Under the pieces are notes generated by a model. That model saw only the letters and a program-made list of their open reading frames with translations. It did no database searches and was not told the DNA's origin. A DNA stretch of 64,000 bases from Vicinamibacterales bacterium (GTDB lineage: Bacteria > Acidobacteriota > Vicinamibacteria > Vicinamibacterales > UBA8438), in the NCBI GenBank assembly GCA_965202695.1, contig OZ241843.1, forward strand, positions 3,968,701 through 4,032,700, given 5' to 3'. A program made the position numbers and the translations under genes. Of this stretch, positions 8,873 through 15,854 are shown piece by piece; position 1 is the stretch's first letter, and every line of letters begins with the position of its first letter.

Positions 8873-10093
8873 TCACGCCCCGCGCGGTCCGGACGCGGCC
8901 CGCTGCTCCCGGCCGGGACGGCTGCGGGCCGGGTACCGGGCGAGCTCGGCCGGCGCCGGGAAGTCTCCCGGCGCGCGCGCCGCCGCGAGGGTCGCGCGCC
9001 GGGGTATCGCCCGGCGGCGGAAGAGGGGGTCGCCCAGGACGTCGTAGGCCATGTTGCGCCGTTTCGGCACGTAGCCGGCGTCTTCGACGTTGCGGACGAT
9101 CTCGACCTCGTCCATGCAGTACTCGGCCCCGGCGGCGCGGACCACGTTCTCCTCGATCATGACGCTGCCCATGTCGTTCGCGCCGAAGGCGAGGCTCAAC
9201 TGGCCGACCTTGCCGCCCTGGGTGACCCACGACGCCTGCAGGTTGTCGAAGTTGTCGAGGACGATGCGGGACAGCGCGAGGGTCCGCAGGTAGTCGATGC
9301 CGGTCGCCTCCGTTCCCGCCAGCTCGGTGTTGGCGGGCTGGTAGCTCCAGGCGATGAAGGCGGTGAACCCCCCGGTCTCGTCCTGCAGGGCGCGCAGCCG
9401 GCACAGGTGCTCGACCCGTTCGGCCGGGGTGTCGACGCTGCCGAACATCATCGTCGCCGTCGACCGCAGACCGGCCTCGTGCACCTCCCGCATCACCGAA
9501 AGCCACTCGTCGGCGGTCGCCTTGCCGTAGCAGTTCAGCGCGCGGCGGACGCGGTCGACGAGGATCTCGGCCCCGCCGCCCGGCACGCTGTCGAGGCCGG
9601 CGCCGATCAGCCGGCGGACGACGGCCGGCACCGGCTGCCGCGACAGCCGCGACAGGTGCAGGATCTCGGGCGGAGACAGGGCGTGGAGCTTGAAGTCGGG
9701 ATACCGGGACTTGACCGCGGCGAACAGGTCCTCGTACCACTCCAGCGGGAGGTCCGGGTTGTGTCCGCCCTGCAGCAGCAACTGCTGGCCCCCGACCGCG
9801 CGCGTCTCGTCGATCTTGCGCAGGACCTCGTCGAAGCCCAGCACGTAGCCCTCGCCCGAACCGACCGGCCGATAGAACGCGCAGAAGTTGCAACGGGCCA
9901 CGCAGACGTTCGTGTAGTTGACGTTCCGGTCGATGATGTAGGTCACCACCCCGGCCGGATGCTTGCGGGCCCGGACGGCGTCGGCGAGGCGGCCGAGCAG
10001 CGCCGTCGGCGCGCCGGTGTAGAGCCGCAACGCGTCGCGGCCGTCGATCCGCCGGCCGTCGAGCACGCGTTCGGCGATCGAGGCGATGCTCAT
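8873..10093 (-). CDS. radical-SAM futalosine-pathway enzyme (MqnE/MqnC family)
   Basis: MSIASIAERVL... with DRNVNYTNVCVARCNFCAFYRP (CxxxCxxC) and GGQQLLLQGG. The ATG at 10091-10093 forms an ATGA overlap with the mqnA stop. I cannot separate MqnE from MqnC by eye. The 564-aa track ORF upstream of this ATG is junk. Confidence 0.85.
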   Translation of the reverse strand: MSIASIAERVLDGRRIDGRDALRLYTGAPTALLGRLADAVRARKHPAGVVTYIIDRNVNYTNVCVARCNFCAFYRPVGSGEGYVLGFDEVLRKIDETRAVGGQQLLLQGGHNPDLPLEWYEDLFAAVKSRYPDFKLHALSPPEILHLSRLSRQPVPAVVRRLIGAGLDSVPGGGAEILVDRVRRALNCYGKATADEWLSVMREVHEAGLRSTATMMFGSVDTPAERVEHLCRLRALQDETGGFTAFIAWSYQPANTELAGTEATGIDYLRTLALSRIVLDNFDNLQASWVTQGGKVGQLSLAFGANDMGSVMIEENVVRAAGAEYCMDEVEIVRNVEDAGYVPKRRNMAYDVLGDPLFRRRAIPRRATLAAARAPGDFPAPAELARYPARSRPGREQRAASGPRGA

Positions 10094-10896
10094 TCCGCCG
10101 GCCACTCGTAGAAGCGCAGGTCCCGCCGGACCTGGACCAGCCGCTGCTCCCAGGCGTATTCGTAGAACTCCCGGAGGCCGTTCTGCGCCCGCTCGTCGAG
10201 GCCGAACGACACGTTCTCCCGGAGATACCGCCGGCCGATCTCCTGCTGCTCGGCGTCGCGGGGACAGTGGCGGGCCACGATGTCGTCGACGGCCCGCTCC
10301 CCCTGCGCGCGGGCCGCCGCGAGGGCCCGCCCGTGCTCGGCGGTGAGGGCGCCGCGGCGCCCCACCCACGCCGCCCAGACGAACGGCAGCGAGGTCAGGA
10401 CCGTCCATTCCTCGCCGAGGTCCACCTTCTCGAGGCCCTGCTCTTCGTGATCGAGGAACAGGGCGGCGTCGCCGATGACGAGGGCGGCGTCGCAGCGCTT
10501 CAGCATGACCGGCAGGTCGGGCCGCAGCTTCACGAGCTTCGGCTCGATCTCCCACGACTCGGCGCACAGTATCCGCAGAAGCATGGCCGCGGTCCGGGAG
10601 TTGCTGTCGACTGCAATCGACCGGAGCGACGTCACCGGCCGGGTGGTGAACAGGGCGACGGAAGCCACCGCGCCCTCCGACGCCACCGCGAGATCCGGCA
10701 CGATGCGGTAGTCGGCGTTCTGCAGGTACTCGATGGAGGGGATCAGCGCGAGGTCCGCCGAACGATCGTGGAGGTGGGCGGCGCAGCGGGCCGGCGCCTG
10801 GAACTGCAGATCGAAGAGCCCGGCCTGACGGTCGAGACCTTCGACGAGCGGCCTCGCGTTCAGGTATTCCACCGCGCTGACGCGAACTGGACTCAT
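10090..10896 (-). CDS. mqnA: chorismate dehydratase (MqnA-like)
   Basis: MSPVRVSAVEYLNARPLVEGL..., then ADLALIPSIEYL and SNSRTAAMLLRIL. The ATG at 10894-10896 overlaps the upstream stop (ATGA). Confidence 0.8.
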   Translation of the reverse strand: MSPVRVSAVEYLNARPLVEGLDRQAGLFDLQFQAPARCAAHLHDRSADLALIPSIEYLQNADYRIVPDLAVASEGAVASVALFTTRPVTSLRSIAVDSNSRTAAMLLRILCAESWEIEPKLVKLRPDLPVMLKRCDAALVIGDAALFLDHEEQGLEKVDLGEEWTVLTSLPFVWAAWVGRRGALTAEHGRALAAARAQGERAVDDIVARHCPRDAEQQEIGRRYLRENVSFGLDERAQNGLREFYEYAWEQRLVQVRRDLRFYEWPAE

Positions 10897-11810
10897 GGCT
10901 CGAGTGCCTCGAAACGGCCGTTCCGCGGGACGGGGACGAATCCGGCCGCCGTGACGTTCCGGCGAATCTCCTCCCGCGGCGACCGCCGCCACCCGAGATC
11001 GGGCGACGCGGCGGCCGGCACCGCGTCCACGTCGTCGGCGCCGAACGTCAGCGCCACCTGGGCCAGTTTCGGGCCGTGGCGGGACCAGTCGACCTGGATC
11101 GAGCCGATATTGTCAACCAGGAGCCGCGCCAGCGCAACCTGCCGCAGGTCGGCGTAGCCGGTGGTCGGCGGCGACGCCTCGGCCGGGGGCAACGGGGCGA
11201 GGGCGCGGCAGACGCCGCCGATGCCCTCCCAGGACTTCACCCGCTGCAGCAGCCGCCAGGCGGCGGGGCCGGCCGCGCCGCCCAGGGTCAGACTCGAGAC
11301 GCACGCGCCGCTGCCGCGCAGGACCGCCACGACCGGCCGCGGGTCGGCCAGCGCGTCGGCGGCGAGCGACGCGAGCTGCGCCAGCCCCGCTTCCCGCAGC
11401 GCCGCCAGCAGGTCGCCGAGCCGCCCGGGATCGCGCCCGCAGAGGGCGTCGAGGTCGCCGTAGGCGAAACCGGTGACGGGCACTCCCCCGGCCTGCTCCG
11501 CCACGGTCCGAACCGCGGCCACCGCCGCCTCGGCCGTCGCCGGCGCGCCGGTCAGCCGCACCTCGCCCGCGTCGCCGGCGATCGCCTCCGCGAGCACGGG
11601 GTCGGACACCGGCGCGGGAACGACCTGCACGAACGTGGTCCGGTCCCCGTGCCGGCGGCGCCGCACGGCGTCGGCGGCCATGCCGAGCGCGATCAGGTCG
11701 CGCCCGCCGGCCAGCGCCCGCCAGTCTCCGTCCGCGAGGGCGGCCCCCGCCTCGATCTTGCCGAGGGCCGCCGTCAGCGCATCCTGCATGGCCTTCCGCC
11801 GCCTCCGCAA
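10893..11810 (-). CDS. MqnE/MqnC-like paralog lacking the radical-SAM cysteine motif
   Basis: The C-terminal half aligns to the neighbouring radical-SAM protein: TGYADLRQVALARLLVDNIGSIQVDWSRHGPKLAQVALTFGADD against TGIDYLRTLALSRIVLDNFDNLQASWVTQGGKVGQLSLAFGAND. Where the CxxxCxxC loop should be, the sequence reads RRHGDRTTFVQVVPAP. An alternative start is the MQDALTA ATG at 11787-11789. Confidence 0.6.
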   Translation of the reverse strand: MRRRRKAMQDALTAALGKIEAGAALADGDWRALAGGRDLIALGMAADAVRRRRHGDRTTFVQVVPAPVSDPVLAEAIAGDAGEVRLTGAPATAEAAVAAVRTVAEQAGGVPVTGFAYGDLDALCGRDPGRLGDLLAALREAGLAQLASLAADALADPRPVVAVLRGSGACVSSLTLGGAAGPAAWRLLQRVKSWEGIGGVCRALAPLPPAEASPPTTGYADLRQVALARLLVDNIGSIQVDWSRHGPKLAQVALTFGADDVDAVPAAASPDLGWRRSPREEIRRNVTAAGFVPVPRNGRFEALEP

Positions 11811-11862
11811 TTCCCGGCGGCCCGCGCCCGGGCCGCGCCTCCCGCCGGCGCCGCCGGCTCGG

Positions 11863-12816
11863 CTACGCGCCGCCGTCCAGGGCCGCCGCCACCCGGACCG
11901 CGAGGGCGAGCGCCCGGCGGCCCTCGGCCCCGCCGACCCGCGGCCCCGCCCCCCGCGCCACCGCCCTGACGAAGTCGTCGAGCTCTATCGCGAGCGGCTC
12001 GCCCGGGGGCACCTCGACCCGCCCGCCGTCGATGACCGGCGGCCGGTCCGGGGTGCGCCTGACGCGCCAGGTCTCGACCTCCTGCCGTACGCAGTCGACC
12101 GAGATGCAGGCGTCCGGCTGGAAGAAGCGCAGCTTGCGCACGCGGTCGCGGCTGATGCGGCTGGCCGTCAGGTTCGCGATGCACCCGGACGCGAACCGCA
12201 GCCGGACGTTGGCGATGTCGACGCGGTCGCTGAGCACCGGGACCCCCACGGCCTCGACGGCCGCCACCGTCTCGCCGACCGCGGTCTGGACGATGTCGAG
12301 GTCGTGGATCATCAGGTCGAAGACGACGTCGACGTCCAGGCCACGGGGAGAGAAGCCGCCGATGCGGTGCACCTCGATGAAGCGCGGCGCCTCGACGGCC
12401 GGCAGCGCGGCGGCCACCGCCGGGTTGTGGCGCTCGGTGTGTCCGACCGCCAGCACCGCCCCGCCCGCCGCCGCCGCCGCGATCATCTCGTCGGCTTCGT
12501 CGAGCGTCCGGGCCATCGGTTTCTCGACGAGCACCGAGATGCCGCGTTCGAGCAGCGGGACCGCCACCGCCCGGTGGCGGTCGGTAGGAACCGCGACGGT
12601 GACCGCGTCCACCCGGCCGCGCACCGCGGCCACGTCGGTCTCCGGGCGCGCGCCGGTCTCGGACGCGACGCGGGCGGCGGCGTCCGGGTCGACGTCGACG
12701 ATCGCCTCCAGCCGGACGCCGGGCGCGGCGGACAGGATGCGGGCGTGATGGCGCCCGAAGTGTCCGGCCCCGATCACCGCCACCCGGGGCCCCGCGGACG
12801 CGGCGGCGCCGGTCAT
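11863..12816 (-). CDS. Gfo/Idh/MocA-family NAD(P)-dependent oxidoreductase
   Basis: Rossmann start VAVIGAGHFGRHH, then VLVEKPMARTLDEADEM. Confidence 0.85.
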   Translation of the reverse strand: MTGAAASAGPRVAVIGAGHFGRHHARILSAAPGVRLEAIVDVDPDAAARVASETGARPETDVAAVRGRVDAVTVAVPTDRHRAVAVPLLERGISVLVEKPMARTLDEADEMIAAAAAGGAVLAVGHTERHNPAVAAALPAVEAPRFIEVHRIGGFSPRGLDVDVVFDLMIHDLDIVQTAVGETVAAVEAVGVPVLSDRVDIANVRLRFASGCIANLTASRISRDRVRKLRFFQPDACISVDCVRQEVETWRVRRTPDRPPVIDGGRVEVPPGEPLAIELDDFVRAVARGAGPRVGGAEGRRALALAVRVAAALDGGA

Positions 12817-12877
12817 GGTCCGGCGGCCCGCGCGGACGCCTGTCCCCGGACGCGCCGCGGGACGAAGGCGCGGGCGG

Positions 12878-13702
12878 TCACGCGCCGACCTCCCGTCCCA
12901 CCACCGCCGCCCCCTGGGCGTCCGCCCGCGCGTAGAACCGCGGTCCGTCGAGCACCAGGGTCCGGCCGGCGTCGACCGACAGCACCGCGGCGCCCGCCCT
13001 CTCCATCGCGGCCAGCGTCGGCAGGCCCACCACCGGCACGTCGAACCGCATGTCCTGGTCCGGCTTTCCGACCTTGACGATGCAGACGCCGGGCCCCGCG
13101 AGCGCGCCGGCGCGGACGATGACCGCGTCGGTGCCCTCCATCGCCTCGACGGCCACCACCGCCCGCCCCTTGACGGCGATGGTCTGGCCGATGTCTAGGC
13201 CGGCGACGGCGTCCGCCGCGCGATAGCCGAAGTCCAGGTCCGCCCGTTCGTCGGGAGACGGCGCCCGCGCGGTCAGCACGCCGGCGCCGGCCAGCAGCGG
13301 CTTCAGGAACGCGGTCGAATTCTCCAGCTCGATGCCGTGGTCGGCGAGCACGTCGGCCACCGCCGAGATCACCGCGTCGGTGTTCCGGGTCCGGAGACGG
13401 CGGAGCACTTGCAGGCCCTTGAGATCGGGGACGACGTCCGCGAACAGCCTGGTGTGCCTGACCTGCCCGGCCATGACCGCCCGCGTGACCCCCGCCCCCC
13501 GCAGGATCGCGATGCACCTGCCGACCTGTCCCAGCGAGACCCAGTGCAGATCGGCGGGCGGATGCGCGGCGGCCGCCTCGGCGAGGGCGGGGCTCGTCTC
13601 GTCGCGGATGGCGACGACGGTCACGTCGTGGCCGAGACGGCGCGCCCCCTCCAGGGCCAGGAACGGAAACCGGCCGTTCCCCGCGATCAGGCCCAGTCGC
13701 AT
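12878..13702 (-). CDS. lpxI: UDP-2,3-diacylglucosamine pyrophosphatase LpxI (DUF1009)
   Basis: Motifs [40 protein letters not shown] and [14 protein letters not shown]. Confidence 0.8.
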   Translation of the reverse strand: MRLGLIAGNGRFPFLALEGARRLGHDVTVVAIRDETSPALAEAAAAHPPADLHWVSLGQVGRCIAILRGAGVTRAVMAGQVRHTRLFADVVPDLKGLQVLRRLRTRNTDAVISAVADVLADHGIELENSTAFLKPLLAGAGVLTARAPSPDERADLDFGYRAADAVAGLDIGQTIAVKGRAVVAVEAMEGTDAVIVRAGALAGPGVCIVKVGKPDQDMRFDVPVVGLPTLAAMERAGAAVLSVDAGRTLVLDGPRFYARADAQGAAVVGREVGA

Positions 13703-13741
13703 GGCGCCCCCCGCCGCCTTGCGGCTCCGCCGGCCGCCCGG

Positions 13742-15046
13742 CTAGTCATCGCCGGCCGCCACCTCGATGCGGCGGGCGCGCCGGCGGAGATGGACCCCCC
13801 GCCGCGACCCGCTGATGAAGTCGACGAGACCGGCGACCTCGGGACACTGCAAGGTGCGGTCCTGCCGGATCCGCTCGAGGGCCTGGGTCGTGTTCAGCTT
13901 CGACTGCAGCAGGTAACGGAAAGCGCGCTTGAGCCGCAGGACGGTCTCCGGCGGCGTCCCCCGCCGCTCGAGCCCCACCGTGTTCAGATCGTAGATGCGC
14001 GCCCGGTTCCCGACGATCCGGGCGTAGGGAAGCGCGTCCAGCGTCACCACCGACCCGCCGCCGACGAAGGCGTGGCGGCCGACGCGGCAATACTGGTGCA
14101 CGCCGGAGAGGGCGCCGATGAACGCATGGTCGTCGACCGCCACGTGGCCGCCGAGCATCACCGCGTTGGCCAGGATGGTCCGGTTGCCGACCTGGCAGTC
14201 GTGGGCGACGTGGACGTAGGCCATGAAGAGGTTGTCGTCGCCGATGCGGGTGACGCCCCCGCCCCGCCGCGTCCCGCGATGGATGGTGACGAACTCGCGG
14301 AACACGTTGCGCCGGCCGATGACGAGCGCCGTGCGCTCTCCCTGGAACTTCGTGTCCTGCGGGATCAGGCCGATCGACGCGAACGGGAACACTTGCGTGT
14401 CGTCGCCTATCTCCGTCCATCCGTCGATGATCGCCGACGCCCCGACGACGCACCCGCGCCCGATCCGCACGCGCGGGCCGATCGCCGCGTTCGGGCCCAC
14501 CACCGTGCCCGCCCCGATCTGCGCTCCCGCCGCCACCCGCGCGGTACGGTCGATGCGCGCTTCGTCGAACACCAGTCCCAGCCGCAGCTCGGCCTCGGCG
14601 ACGACGTGATCGCCCACGCGGGCCACCGCCGCCGCCACCGCCATCCGCCGGCGCCGGCGCCGAATCGACACCGCGACGCGGAGGCGGTCGCCCGGCGCCA
14701 CCTGCCGCCGGAACCGCGCGCTGTTGACGCCCCGGAGCACCGCGCGCAGGGCCGCGGCCGGCCCGCCGGGTTCGAGCAGCAGCACCGCCGCGGCCTGGGC
14801 GAACGTCTCGATGATCAGCACGCCGGGCATCACCGGATTGCCCGGGAAGTGCCCCTGGAAGAACTCCTCGTTGACGGTGACGTTCTTGACCGCGGCGAGC
14901 CGGACCCCCGGTTCGTGCTCGACGACGTCGTCGAGCAGCACCGAGGGATGGCGGAAGCAGAGACGGTCGAGAGCGCCGCCGAATCCGGCGGACGCCCCGG
15001 CGCCGGCCGGTGCCGGGGATGCCGGGCTCGACGGGAGGCTGGCCAT
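13742..15046 (-). CDS. fused 3-hydroxyacyl-ACP dehydratase (FabZ) and UDP-GlcNAc acyltransferase (LpxA)
   Basis: One uninterrupted 434-codon ORF. The N-terminal half is FabZ (VTVNEEFFQGHFPGNPVMPGVLIIETFAQAA). The C-terminal half is an LpxA hexapeptide-repeat protein (IGPRVRIGRGCVVGASAII...VTIHRGT...MAYVHVAHDCQVGN...GLERRG). Confidence 0.85.
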   Translation of the reverse strand: MASLPSSPASPAPAGAGASAGFGGALDRLCFRHPSVLLDDVVEHEPGVRLAAVKNVTVNEEFFQGHFPGNPVMPGVLIIETFAQAAAVLLLEPGGPAAALRAVLRGVNSARFRRQVAPGDRLRVAVSIRRRRRRMAVAAAVARVGDHVVAEAELRLGLVFDEARIDRTARVAAGAQIGAGTVVGPNAAIGPRVRIGRGCVVGASAIIDGWTEIGDDTQVFPFASIGLIPQDTKFQGERTALVIGRRNVFREFVTIHRGTRRGGGVTRIGDDNLFMAYVHVAHDCQVGNRTILANAVMLGGHVAVDDHAFIGALSGVHQYCRVGRHAFVGGGSVVTLDALPYARIVGNRARIYDLNTVGLERRGTPPETVLRLKRAFRYLLQSKLNTTQALERIRQDRTLQCPEVAGLVDFISGSRRGVHLRRRARRIEVAAGDD

Positions 15047-15162
15047 ATCCGAAGCGCGAAGGCGGGTCCTGCGCAGTGCGCGGCACGCGGGCCCGGTCCG
15101 ACGGCCACGCGGCCGGGCCGCCGACGGCGCAACGCCCCGCCGCGCCCGCCGACGCCGGACCG

Positions 15163-15726
15163 CTACTCTCCGCCGGCGGCGCCGTCGAGCGCCTGGACGA
15201 CGTCGGCGGAGATGTCGAGCGCGGGGTCCGCCCAGGCGAACATGCCTGCGCCGGCATTGAAGACGAAGTGGAGCTGCCTGCTCGTCGCGACCTGGTTGAT
15301 GGCCGGTATCAGCTTGTTCTGGAACGCGAGCTGGAGCTTCTGGTCGAGTTGCGCGAGCTCCGCCTCGGCATCCTCGCTCATCCGCTGGATCTCCAGGCCG
15401 AGGCGCTCTATCTCCTGCTGCAGCGCCAACTGGGCTTCGGGGCTCATCACGCTGGCGTTCTGCTGGAGCTTCTGCTGACTCGCCTGCAGTTCCTGCTGCC
15501 GGCCCGCGATCTCCTGGTTCCTCTGCCCGATCAGTTGCTGCAACTGCTGGTTCGCGACCTGTCCCTCGGCCGATTCGGCGGCGACGCGCGCCAGGTCGAC
15601 GTAGGCGTACTTCGCGTCCGGCGGGAACGGCAGCCGGGCGGGCGCCTGCCCTTCCGCGCCGACGGAAACCGGCATGACCCCGACGCTGGCGGCGACCGCC
15701 GCCGCAACTCCAATCAGCAATTTCAT
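15163..15726 (-). CDS. skp: periplasmic chaperone Skp/OmpH
   Basis: Signal peptide MKLLIGVAAAVAASVG followed by a Gln/Glu-rich coiled coil (QQLQQLIGQRNQEIAGRQQELQASQQKLQQ). It sits directly downstream of bamA. Confidence 0.8.
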   Translation of the reverse strand: MKLLIGVAAAVAASVGVMPVSVGAEGQAPARLPFPPDAKYAYVDLARVAAESAEGQVANQQLQQLIGQRNQEIAGRQQELQASQQKLQQNASVMSPEAQLALQQEIERLGLEIQRMSEDAEAELAQLDQKLQLAFQNKLIPAINQVATSRQLHFVFNAGAGMFAWADPALDISADVVQALDGAAGGE

Positions 15727-15854
15727 CAGACCTGTCCCTCGATTCGCATCGCCCCCGCCAGCCGGACCGGCGGGCGGCGCGCCGGCGCCCGCCGCCCCCG
15801 CCGAAAGCACCCCATAACGATACCAGTTTCCACCCGCTCCCGGCGAGCGCGGGT

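Noticed and set aside
6579-9893. 1104-aa ORF on the minus strand spanning ubiX through the radical-SAM gene. Similar giant ORFs occur at 38054-42397 (1447 aa), 18259-21051 (930 aa), 15933-18785 (950 aa), 15163-18171 (1002 aa), 50211-52574 and 60696-63131.
   Set aside because: Their translations are Arg/Pro/Gly/Ala low-complexity with no motifs. Each overlaps, in another frame or strand, genes with unmistakable family signatures (dnaK, bamA, clpC, mqn genes and others). Long stop-free shadow frames are expected at this GC content.
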